Part shown: piece by piece, positions 9,390 to 17,603 of the stretch
Numbering within the stretch: position 1 is the first letter of the stretch
Layout of the letters: every line of letters begins with the position of its first letter
From: Patescibacteria group bacterium
GTDB lineage: Bacteria; Patescibacteriota; WWE3; UBA101185; UBA10185
Length of the DNA stretch: 64,000 nucleotides
Assembly: GCA_049322215.1 (NCBI GenBank)
Contig: JBMORU010000001.1
Location: forward strand, 516,023 to 580,022
Reading direction: 5' to 3'
Program-made: the position numbers and the translations under genes
Notes under the pieces: generated by a model
The model's input: only the letters and a program-made list of their open reading frames with translations
Told to the model about the DNA's origin: nothing
The model's database searches: none

Positions 9390-10094
9390 TTGTTAAGTAT
9401 GCCAATGTCAGACACATTACTAAATGATGAGTTTCCTAGAGAAAAACTACTTAAGTTTGGTGCTGACCATTTGACTGATGCAGAATTAATCGCCGTTTTG
9501 CTTAGGGTTGGAGGTCGCGACACTTCATCAGTTTCGCTGGCAAGGTCTCTAATACGCCATTATGGAAATTTAAATGCTCTTTTAAATGTTCCGCTGCTTG
9601 AGTTGATAAATTATAAAAATATTGGTGTCGCAAAAGCTTGCACACTAAAAGCAACGTTTGAGTTGGGATTGCGTATAAATTTTAATAATACATCTCGTAA
9701 AAAGGTTAAAACTCCTAGAGATGTATTCAATGTTTTAAAGAAAGATTTTTTTTCAAAAAATCGAGAGCACTTTTTTTTATTATCAGTTGATTCGAGAAAC
9801 AGATTAATTTCTAAAGATTTATTAGCAATAGGAACTTTAAATGAAACCGTGGCACACCCAAGAGAGGTTTTTAAACGCGCGTTACAGGTAAGTGCTGTTG
9901 CCATAATAGTTGCTCACAACCACCCATCAGGAGATGTTACCCCAAGTCAGGAAGATATTGATTTAACAAATGTTCTAGCTAAGTCTGGAAAGCTTCTTGG
10001 AATACCGTTAATGGATCATGTAATTATTTCTCAAAATGAATATGTAAGTATACGGAGTTTGGGTCTTTTCACTATAGATAAAGTAGAAATTTAG
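9390..10094 (+). CDS. radC: RadC-like JAB/MPN domain protein (UPF0758)
   Basis: The N-terminus has a helix-hairpin-helix region (ELIAVLLRVGGRD...). The C-terminus has the JAMM motif HNHPSGDVTPSQEDIDLT. Confidence 0.85.
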   Translation: MLSMPMSDTLLNDEFPREKLLKFGADHLTDAELIAVLLRVGGRDTSSVSLARSLIRHYGNLNALLNVPLLELINYKNIGVAKACTLKATFELGLRINFNNTSRKKVKTPRDVFNVLKKDFFSKNREHFFLLSVDSRNRLISKDLLAIGTLNETVAHPREVFKRALQVSAVAIIVAHNHPSGDVTPSQEDIDLTNVLAKSGKLLGIPLMDHVIISQNEYVSIRSLGLFTIDKVEI

Positions 10095-10110
10095 TAAGAA
10101 AGGAGGTGTT

Positions 10111-10689
10111 ATGAAAAAATTTATTGCAAGTTATGGTTTGATACTAACCATTCTTATCACGACTTTAGGTGTTTCTGCAGCAGCTTTCACTGACTCTGCA
10201 AAAATACTTGGTGCAACTTTTAGTGTTGGTAGTTCTGATCTAAAGTTGTTAATGGACTTAGCAGGTTCTTTAGATGCTTCAAATCTTTATGACGAACTAG
10301 TCGGGCCTACATTTGAGAATATAAGTCCGAATTGGGAAACTAACTATTTGGTGAAGCTTTACAATAATTCACCTGAAGATGTGGTGCTTTTTACAGTGGC
10401 AGATTACGAAACGGCTAACGACCCTAATGAATTGCGTCAGGATATAAATGTAGAACCGTTTCTTTGGGATGACAACAATAATAATGGGGTTTTAGATGCC
10501 GGTGAGCTTGGAAATTCCTTAGGTGTAAAAACCATAGTTAAGTGGAAAACAGAGGGGTTTGATTTAGGCCTTTTGCAGTCAGGAGAGGTATTACCTATGG
10601 TTTTTAAGTTTAGTACAGGTTCTGTATCTGCTGCTAAGCAAGGGAGTACGGCAACATTTGATTTTTTAGTTGAGTCAGTTAGTTTATAA
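10111..10689 (+). CDS. TasA/camelysin-like secreted protein with SipW-cognate class signal peptide
   Basis: An N-terminal signal ends in ...TLGVSAAAFTDSA, comparable to the TasA-type AAFND cleavage region. The protein is about 190 aa and sits immediately upstream of a SipW-type signal peptidase. Confidence 0.55.
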   Translation: MKKFIASYGLILTILITTLGVSAAAFTDSAKILGATFSVGSSDLKLLMDLAGSLDASNLYDELVGPTFENISPNWETNYLVKLYNNSPEDVVLFTVADYETANDPNELRQDINVEPFLWDDNNNNGVLDAGELGNSLGVKTIVKWKTEGFDLGLLQSGEVLPMVFKFSTGSVSAAKQGSTATFDFLVESVSL

Positions 10690-10713
10690 AGTTTAATCAC
10701 ATTTCCCGGGAAT

Positions 10714-11169
10714 GTGTTAAACATAATGAAATATTTAATTATTTTTGTTTCGTTCGTTTTGTTTGCAGCTGTAGGTATTTATAAGTTTGATACTTTTGTA
10801 ATAAATGGTGCATCTATGGAGCCAACTTTGCAAAAAGGAGACTTAATAGTGACAAAAATCTATTCTACCTACGATGTTGATGATGTTGTTACATATAATC
10901 TATATTCAGGTACAAGTTTAATTACGCATCGCATTGTAAGTAAAGAAGTGTTTAAGGACAAAAATTTGTATAAAACTAAAGGTGATAACAATAATGTTGA
11001 GGATCCGTTTTATATTGCTGACTATGAAATTGTTGGTAAGGTGCTATTTGCTTTTCCATACTTGGGAGCACTAATTACGTTTATTTTCAAACCTCTAACA
11101 TTATTAGTTTTATTCTATGTTCCTTTAGGGATAATATTAGGTTATAAGTTAGCTGAAATTAAAGGCTAA
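10714..11169 (+). CDS. sipW: signal peptidase I, SipW-like (archaeal/ER type, S26B)
   Basis: It has an N-terminal TM segment, then GASMEPTL (catalytic Ser box), ..THRIV (His box) and GDNN. It lacks the bacterial LepB Lys box. Confidence 0.75.
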   Translation: MLNIMKYLIIFVSFVLFAAVGIYKFDTFVINGASMEPTLQKGDLIVTKIYSTYDVDDVVTYNLYSGTSLITHRIVSKEVFKDKNLYKTKGDNNNVEDPFYIADYEIVGKVLFAFPYLGALITFIFKPLTLLVLFYVPLGIILGYKLAEIKG

Positions 11170-11201
11170 TAATAAGGTTGTTGCTATGATATCCTATACT
11201 C

Positions 11202-13778
11202 ATGCTTACTGTGCCCAAAGAGATATATGACTTCATAAACTGGTATTTTGTTAAAGCTCCGCGTGTGCTTTTTGTGACCTTGCTTAGAATACTGCGTCAC
11301 ACAAACAATGAGGTGGCTTTTACACTTAATATTCGTCTACTTTTCACCCCTTTGTTTGGTGACTATACCAAAGTGGGTAGAATAATAGGCTTCTTTTTTA
11401 GAATTATTTGGATGTTAGTTGGTTCGGTAGCGCTTGTTTTCATATCTATTTTACTTTTTATCGCTCCAATTATATGGTTTTTAGCCCCTTTATTATTGGC
11501 TATTTATATTAAGCTGTGGATTATACCTTTAATTGTAATGCTTTTTGTTGCACGAGAGTATTTTACTTTTGGTACCCCCTTAAGGCGTGTATACCAAGTG
11601 AATCCTTCAAATCCGTTGGAGTGTTTTAGACCTGAAGTTAAGGATTATATTGAACAGTTGAAAACAGTGGGTAGTGAAGCCTTGCCTTTATTTTTAAAGC
11701 ATAAATCAAGTCAGTATATATTGAAAAGAACCGAGCTCTTAAAGCAGGATTTTCTTTTAGCTTTTGTGGAACTTTATTCAAGGTTGCAAAATGTGCCTTT
11801 AGTAGAAACATCATATGGACTGGCAAAAAAATATGAAACCAGGTATGTAGAAATGGAGCATTTACTTTTAGCAGTTTTCTTAAGTGTTCCTAATATTGAT
11901 ACTGTTCTATCTTCTTATGGGTCTTCTCTTGAGGACTTTGAAGACACAATAGAATGGGTAGTTTCAAAAAGAGAAGAGTTATCAAAGCTATATGTTTGGC
12001 AAGAAGACTATGAAATGCCTCTTATGGGAGGTACAAATCGTGGTTTAACAGGTCGGGTTACTAAATACCTTGATCAGTATTCTGATGACTACACCGAAAT
12101 GGCCAAATATGGACGTTTCAAAAAAGTAGTTGGCAGAGATGCGGAAATATCAGAAGTTGCTGAAATACTGAGTAGTTCTAATAGTAACGTATTAATTATA
12201 GGTGAACCCGGAAGCGGAAAGTCTTCTATTATGAAAGGTATTGCCGATAGAGTTATAAGAGGAACGGATTTTGAGTCTTTAAGGTTTCGTCGTATTGTTG
12301 CTCTTAATACAGGCCTTCTTATAGCGGGTGCATCTACCTCGGGTGATTTAGCAGGCAGAATGGCGAACATTATGGAAGATGTTGAAGGATCTGGTGGCAT
12401 AATTTTGTTTATTGACGAAATTCACACTTTGTTAGCAGGTTCTGGGCAAAGCAGTGCCGAAATGTCTAGTGCCTTTTCTGTTTTAGAGCCACGCTTAGCG
12501 GCAGGAAAAAATCAATTTGTTGGTGCTACTTCAAATGAAAACTACAGAAAGTATATAGAGCCTAATGGTGCTTTTGCACGCTTATTTGAAATTGTTCGTT
12601 TAGCCGAAGCATCTGAAGAAGATACCCTAGAAATTTTAAAAGTAAATGCAGATGAAATTGAAAAAGAAACAGGTGTAATAGTTTCGTACCCCGCATTAAG
12701 AAAAATTATTCAGCTGTCTAAAAAACTAATACATGAGCGGGTATTTCCCGATAAAGCTTTGGACATTTTAAATAGAAGTGTTGCTTCTTTTGGGAGAACT
12801 AAGGGTTATTTAACGGTTGATGATGTGGCCGATGAAGTATCTAAAATAACAAGTGTTCCTGTTTCGGCAATTTCTCAAGATGAATCTTCTACACTGCTAA
12901 ACATTGAAGACAAAATGAGGCAAATGGTGGTTGGACAAGACCAAGCCATAGTTCAAATAGGGCGCTCATTAAAGCGCGCACGAGTAGGTATAAGAGATGA
13001 ATCTAAGCCAATAGCCAGCTTTTTATTTGTAGGCACTACAGGTGTAGGGAAAACTCAAACTGCTAAAGCGTTGGCAAAAAACTATTTTGGTACAAATAAT
13101 ACGATGATTCGTTTAGATATGAGTGAATATCAACAACCAGATAGCATTAACCGCTTAATTGGGGATCCTTCAGGCAGTTCTAAAGGTCAGTTAACTGATG
13201 CTGTTCGTTCTAAGCCTTTTTCTCTTATTTTGCTTGATGAAATTGAGAAAGCTTATTCCAATGTTTTACTTACATTTTTACAAGTATTGGATGATGGTCG
13301 TTTAACGGATTCTGTGGGTCATGTTGTTGATTTTACCAATTCTATAATAATTGCTACCAGTAATACAGGCACGCGAGCAATACAAGAAATTTCTGATAAG
13401 GGTGGTACTTTCGAAGAAATGCAAGATGCTGCAATGCGTGAGGTTAGAGCTAAGTTTGCTCCCGAGTTTTTAAATCGTTTTACTGGAATTATTGTATTTA
13501 GGCCATTAACTATTCCAACAGTGCGTGCAATTGCAGACATACTTTTGGAAGGTGTAAGACGCTTAGCTGATGAAAAGAAAGTTAAAATTTCGTTTTCACA
13601 GCAGTTAATAGACGAGCTAGTACGTAGAGGATTTAACCCAAGCTGGGGTGCGCGTCCGTTAGCACGTGTTATAGAAGATACTGTAGAAACATACTTAGCC
13701 ACAAAAATTTTACAAGGTGAAATTAAAATGGGTGACACAGTAGAACTAGGTATGGAAGTTTTTGAAGAAAGCTATTAA
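11202..13778 (+). CDS. membrane-anchored Clp/Hsp100-family double AAA+ ATPase
   Basis: The first roughly 125 aa contain 2-3 predicted TM helices. A Clp_N-like repeat (EHLLLAVFL) and [11 protein letters not shown] follow. AAA1 has Walker A GEPGSGKS and Walker [12 protein letters not shown]2 has Walker [16 protein letters not shown] and Walker [11 protein letters not shown], then sensor TSNTG. No IGF/LGF ClpP-docking tripeptide is seen. Confidence 0.8.
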   Translation: MLTVPKEIYDFINWYFVKAPRVLFVTLLRILRHTNNEVAFTLNIRLLFTPLFGDYTKVGRIIGFFFRIIWMLVGSVALVFISILLFIAPIIWFLAPLLLAIYIKLWIIPLIVMLFVAREYFTFGTPLRRVYQVNPSNPLECFRPEVKDYIEQLKTVGSEALPLFLKHKSSQYILKRTELLKQDFLLAFVELYSRLQNVPLVETSYGLAKKYETRYVEMEHLLLAVFLSVPNIDTVLSSYGSSLEDFEDTIEWVVSKREELSKLYVWQEDYEMPLMGGTNRGLTGRVTKYLDQYSDDYTEMAKYGRFKKVVGRDAEISEVAEILSSSNSNVLIIGEPGSGKSSIMKGIADRVIRGTDFESLRFRRIVALNTGLLIAGASTSGDLAGRMANIMEDVEGSGGIILFIDEIHTLLAGSGQSSAEMSSAFSVLEPRLAAGKNQFVGATSNENYRKYIEPNGAFARLFEIVRLAEASEEDTLEILKVNADEIEKETGVIVSYPALRKIIQLSKKLIHERVFPDKALDILNRSVASFGRTKGYLTVDDVADEVSKITSVPVSAISQDESSTLLNIEDKMRQMVVGQDQAIVQIGRSLKRARVGIRDESKPIASFLFVGTTGVGKTQTAKALAKNYFGTNNTMIRLDMSEYQQPDSINRLIGDPSGSSKGQLTDAVRSKPFSLILLDEIEKAYSNVLLTFLQVLDDGRLTDSVGHVVDFTNSIIIATSNTGTRAIQEISDKGGTFEEMQDAAMREVRAKFAPEFLNRFTGIIVFRPLTIPTVRAIADILLEGVRRLADEKKVKISFSQQLIDELVRRGFNPSWGARPLARVIEDTVETYLATKILQGEIKMGDTVELGMEVFEESY

Positions 13779-13791
13779 ACTGCTTTTTAAT

Positions 13792-14793
13792 ATGGAAGAA
13801 GCACATCAGAAATTAGCCGAACTAGGTGAAAAATTAAATATAAAGTCCAAGCGTTTGAAAATAGATGAACTTAAAAAAGAAATGAGTACTGAAGAAGTCT
13901 GGAAAAATTGGGAACAGGGGCAAAAATTGTCCCAAGACTTGGCAGCCCTAGAAAGAGAAGTAACGGATTATGAGATGCTTGAGCTGCTGCTGGATGACGA
14001 TGCTCTAGATGAATTTGAAAAAGAATTTAAGAAACTAGAGCTAAGTACATTCTTATCTGAAAGCTATGATAAAAATGCTGCGTTGCTTTCTATTCATGCG
14101 GGACAAGGCGGAACTGAAGCAATGGATTGGACAGAAATGCTAATGCGTATGTACGCACGGTATGCAGAAAAGAAAGGTTGGAAAGTTGAAGAAGTTACAC
14201 GGGTTAAAGGAGATGAAGCAGGTCTTAAATCCGTGACACTAGAGCTTAAAGGTAAGTATGCCTACGGCTATTTAAAAAATGAGGCGGGTGCTCATAGGTT
14301 GGTGCGTCAGTCACCTTTCAATTCTGATAACTTACGCCAAACATCTTTTTCCTTAGTAGAAGTTTTACCCGTTGTGTCAGATGATATCGAAATAGAAATA
14401 AAAGATGATGACATTGAATTTGAAGCACATAGGTCAGGAGGATCTGGTGGGCAGAACGTTAATAAGGTTTCCACGGCAGTACGAATTAAGCATAAACCCA
14501 CAGGTATAGTAGTAGAATGTCAGGAAGAGCGAACACAGGGAAAAAACAGAGAAAAAGCTATGGCATCACTTAAAGCTCAGTTGTTTGCACTTGAAGTTCA
14601 GCGTATAGAAGACGAAAAGAAAAAGCTTAAAGGGACATATAAGGTTCCTGGTTGGGGCAATCAAATTAGAAATTATGTACTACACCCGTATAAACTTGTT
14701 AAAGATTTACGAACACAAGTAGAAAGTGTAAATCCAGACTCGGTGCTAGATGGTAATTTGGATGAGTTTATAAGCGAAGAAATAAAGCTTTAA
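13792..14793 (+). CDS. prfB: peptide chain release factor 2
   Basis: It has SPF (RF2-specific) and GGQ motifs and is a single uninterrupted ORF. The ATG at 13792 is chosen over the in-frame upstream TTG at 13762, which overlaps the clp gene. Confidence 0.85.
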   Translation: MEEAHQKLAELGEKLNIKSKRLKIDELKKEMSTEEVWKNWEQGQKLSQDLAALEREVTDYEMLELLLDDDALDEFEKEFKKLELSTFLSESYDKNAALLSIHAGQGGTEAMDWTEMLMRMYARYAEKKGWKVEEVTRVKGDEAGLKSVTLELKGKYAYGYLKNEAGAHRLVRQSPFNSDNLRQTSFSLVEVLPVVSDDIEIEIKDDDIEFEAHRSGGSGGQNVNKVSTAVRIKHKPTGIVVECQEERTQGKNREKAMASLKAQLFALEVQRIEDEKKKLKGTYKVPGWGNQIRNYVLHPYKLVKDLRTQVESVNPDSVLDGNLDEFISEEIKL

Positions 14794-14808
14794 TTATTAG
14801 ATTAAAGA

Positions 14809-14860
14809 AGGGAAAAATGTCTCTAGTGAAATAGTAAGACATTTTTCCCTATGAATTTTT
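14809..14860. terminator. Perfect 14-bp inverted repeat hairpin between convergent prfB and a minus-strand gene, followed by T6; likely bidirectional terminator
   Basis: agggaaaaatgtct (14809-14822) pairs with agacatttttccct (14837-14850) around a 14-nt loop. It is flanked by A/T runs on both sides. Confidence 0.55.
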
Positions 14861-14877
14861 TCAGCAATATTGCAATA

Positions 14878-15267
14878 TTAGTGTTTTTCCCAGTGCGAAG
14901 TACCGTTTTTTATTTCAAACTTTCGCATTCCTGGAGGTGGTTCCACAACGATTCGTCGCGAGTTCAAATACGTTCTGCTCATTCGGGCTAACCATCCAGC
15001 TAAGCGTCCTGCCCATTCATCAAATGCTGCTGCAGATTCTGGATCTGTGGTTGTACCGAATACATGGGTTACGGCCGTTTTTTCTGCATTTTTCCATGCG
15101 GGTTGGGTTGTTAGGTATCTACCAGGTTTGTTTTTCAAACAGAGTTGAAACCCATAGCCTGTTTTAACGCCAACAACTTTTAGTGCAAAAAAACTTGAAC
15201 TTATCGATTGAAAGTCTGGGTACTGTGTTAATTCGCGATTTTCACCACTATACAACTGTGCATCCAT
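14878..15267 (-). CDS. hypothetical protein (compositionally GC-richer than neighbours)
   Basis: The 129-aa ORF has protein-like composition (W, G, T rich; ...FDEWAGRLAGWLARMSRTYLNSRRIVVEPPPG...). Local GC is roughly 43% versus about 34% in flanking genes. No family recognised. Confidence 0.4.
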   Translation of the reverse strand: MDAQLYSGENRELTQYPDFQSISSSFFALKVVGVKTGYGFQLCLKNKPGRYLTTQPAWKNAEKTAVTHVFGTTTDPESAAAFDEWAGRLAGWLARMSRTYLNSRRIVVEPPPGMRKFEIKNGTSHWEKH

Positions 15268-15367
15268 ATCATTATCTCCTTTTTGGAAAAGCTCTTATTT
15301 AAGTTTGCCCGCATTATATCACCCCATAGTATTTGTAACAAGGATCAGTTTTTATATTTAGCTTCAT

Positions 15368-15622
15368 TTATTTAAAAGCGGTTAATAAAATTAAAGCGCT
15401 CTGATAGGAAACGTCATAAATATTTAACAAAATCAAAAATGTGATTGATACTACTGCAAAGACAGCAGTTTTCTTTAAATCCCGTTTAATATTTTTTATT
15501 GGAAGTTTATGTGTTTGAAGCTCTTTAGTGGGTGCTTTATTTTCTGCACTCTTTTTAATGCTTTGAGCTTTAAGTATTTCTTTATGTTTTCTTTGCTTAT
15601 TTTTTGATTTTTTCTTTGACAT
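15368..15622 (-). CDS. hypothetical small membrane protein with highly basic N-terminus
   Basis: It is 84 aa with a KKKSKNKQRKHK... N-terminus followed by one TM helix. It diverges from the downstream + gene. Confidence 0.3.
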   Translation of the reverse strand: MSKKKSKNKQRKHKEILKAQSIKKSAENKAPTKELQTHKLPIKNIKRDLKKTAVFAVVSITFLILLNIYDVSYQSALILLTAFK

Positions 15623-15690
15623 TCCATGAGTTTATCATATTTTATAAAACATCTAGACAAAACTTGTACCCAATATATAATACAAACTAG

Positions 15691-16902
15691 ATGCACATAC
15701 CTACAAATGAACATGACGAACTAGATTTAAATAATGTTAAAATTACCCCTCCTACTTCTAATGAATCTGAGGTCAATAAAGCAAAAAGAAATGCATTTAT
15801 TATTCCAGTTGCTGTATTAGCAGGATTAGTAATTGTTTTAGGTGTAATTTATTTTTTCAATTCAAAAAAAGAGGGTGGCTTTTTTAATCCTACCGCTATA
15901 AATGATTTAATTGATGGTGGTGATAGCAAAGAGGATTTATTTGAAAATCCTTTAACTGGTGAGCTTGTACCAATGAAAAATGCGGAACCGTGGAAAGATA
16001 TACGTCCTATGGGTGTAATGGTAAACAATGCTGTTCCCGCAAGACCTCAATCAGGTTTGATTTACGCTGATGTTATTTATGAAATTGTTGCTGAGGGAGG
16101 AATTACCCGATTTTTACCGTTTTTCTTATCTAATACTCCTGAGAAAATAGGTCCTGTTAGGAGTACAAGAGAATACTATTTAGTGCTCGTAAAAGAAATG
16201 GGTGATGCAATGCTTATGCATATAGGTTGGTCTCCGCAAGCTTTAGAAGCAATAGAAACCTGGCCTGTCCGCAGTTTAGGTAGAGGTGGTGGTCAATTTT
16301 GGAGAGATCAGAATCGCTTAGACAGTGGCGTTGCCACGGAGCATACAGCTTATGTAGATGGTACTGAATTACGTGACTTAGGAAATGATTTGGGTTGGCA
16401 AGGCACCGATGAAGAGTTTAGACCTTATTTATTTAAAGATGAAGCCGATATTCCCCAAGAAACTGAAATGTGTTATGTAGGTGAATGTAATCCAATTACA
16501 ATAGATTTTTGGTACGAAGGTGATTACTCTGCAATTTGGGAATACGATAGAACGTCAAATTCATACTTAAGGTTTATGGGATATGATTCTGAAGAAAACC
16601 CTATTCCTCATAAAGATCAGGAAACTGGCGAACAAATTAAAGTAAAAAACTTTATAGTACAGTTTGCCTCCGAAACACAGGTAGTAGGAGATGAAAAAGG
16701 CCGTTTAGAATATGAATTAATTGGCAGCGGAACTGGTATTGTTTTTATTGACGGAACTGCAAATACCGTAACCTGGTCAAAAGCCGGTAGAGATGATCGT
16801 ACACTTTTTTATTATGAAAATGGCGAAGAGGTTGAGTTTAATAGAGGAAAATTTTGGATAAGTATTGTACCAGATAGAAATGTTGATCAAGTTAATTATT
16901 AA
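15691..16902 (+). CDS. membrane-anchored DUF3048-like (YerB-like) protein
   Basis: An N-terminal TM is followed by ...PMGVMVNNAVPARPQSGLIYADVIYEIVAEGGITRFLPFF..., reminiscent of the Bacillus YerB/DUF3048 N-domain. It is 403 aa. Confidence 0.45.
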   Translation: MHIPTNEHDELDLNNVKITPPTSNESEVNKAKRNAFIIPVAVLAGLVIVLGVIYFFNSKKEGGFFNPTAINDLIDGGDSKEDLFENPLTGELVPMKNAEPWKDIRPMGVMVNNAVPARPQSGLIYADVIYEIVAEGGITRFLPFFLSNTPEKIGPVRSTREYYLVLVKEMGDAMLMHIGWSPQALEAIETWPVRSLGRGGGQFWRDQNRLDSGVATEHTAYVDGTELRDLGNDLGWQGTDEEFRPYLFKDEADIPQETEMCYVGECNPITIDFWYEGDYSAIWEYDRTSNSYLRFMGYDSEENPIPHKDQETGEQIKVKNFIVQFASETQVVGDEKGRLEYELIGSGTGIVFIDGTANTVTWSKAGRDDRTLFYYENGEEVEFNRGKFWISIVPDRNVDQVNY

Positions 16903-16950
16903 AACTGTCTTTATTTTATTAAGTTATGCCATGCTGCCTCGGCGAATTTT

Positions 16951-17532
16951 ATGTTAAAGGATTTATTTGTTTCAGAAGTTAGAGTAAAAGTTTTAAAAGT
17001 TATGCTAGCTAATCCGTCGCAGTCTTATCATGTAAGAGGGTTAGTAAGAGCAGTAGGTACAGAAATTAATGCTGTCCGTAGAGAGCTTTCTAGGCTACAC
17101 AAATTAGGATTATTACGCAAACGTCCAAGTGGTAATCGTCTTTACTATAGTGTTAACACAAGTTCAATTTACTTTCCTGAGTTACTGTCGTTAATAGCTA
17201 AGGAAGAAGGTTTAGGTGCCGCAATCATTAAGGCCTTGAAAGAATTAGGTGATTTAAAGTTTGCCGTACTATCTAGATCTTTTTCAATGGGACATCAATC
17301 TAACATGCTTGATGTAGACTTGTTTGTTGTGGGCAATCCGAACATGGATGTATTAGAGAAGCTAGTAAAAGAAGATGAAGCTGATACAAAAAGAGAAATT
17401 AACTACTCTGTAATGGGTGAAGAGGAATTCATGTTTAGAAAAAGAAAGAACGATCAATTTGTAAACAAAATACTAATGCAAAGCAGAACCATGCTTGTAG
17501 GCGATGAAGAAGAGTTTACTTCTCTCACTTGA
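16951..17532 (+). CDS. winged-helix transcriptional regulator with C-terminal nucleotidyltransferase-like segment
   Basis: The N-terminus is ArsR/TrmB-like wHTH (VKVLKVMLANPSQSYHVRGLVRAVGTEINAVRRELSRLHKLGLL). The C-terminus has G(x)6DVDLFVVG, resembling the minimal nucleotidyltransferase G[SG]...DhD motif. Confidence 0.4.
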   Translation: MLKDLFVSEVRVKVLKVMLANPSQSYHVRGLVRAVGTEINAVRRELSRLHKLGLLRKRPSGNRLYYSVNTSSIYFPELLSLIAKEEGLGAAIIKALKELGDLKFAVLSRSFSMGHQSNMLDVDLFVVGNPNMDVLEKLVKEDEADTKREINYSVMGEEEFMFRKRKNDQFVNKILMQSRTMLVGDEEEFTSLT

Positions 17533-17603
17533 TGCTAGCTTCTTGATTATTGCAATCTCTCAAACTATTATAAGCTGTGTATCGTAACTGAAGTATTGTT
17601 GAT

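Noticed and set aside
9611-9904. 97-aa minus-strand ORF inside radC
   Set aside because: It is antisense to the RadC JAB domain gene.
10437-10724. 95-aa minus-strand ORF overlapping the TasA-like gene
   Set aside because: It is antisense to a gene supported by a signal peptide and operon context.
11638-13738. Three minus-strand ORFs (62, 103 and 139 aa) inside the Clp ATPase gene
   Set aside because: They are antisense to a gene with unmistakable double AAA+ motifs.
14937-15167. 76-aa plus-strand ORF opposite the 129-aa minus ORF
   Set aside because: The longer minus-strand frame has more protein-like composition and is terminated by the hairpin. The plus ORF is L/F/S-rich and looks spurious. 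The strand assignment is still uncertain.
15496-15714. 72-aa minus ORF overlapping the 84-aa ORF at 15368..15622
   Set aside because: It is an alternative frame of the same AT-rich region and would overlap the start of the DUF3048 gene. The 84-aa frame, with a basic N-terminus plus a TM, is more plausible.
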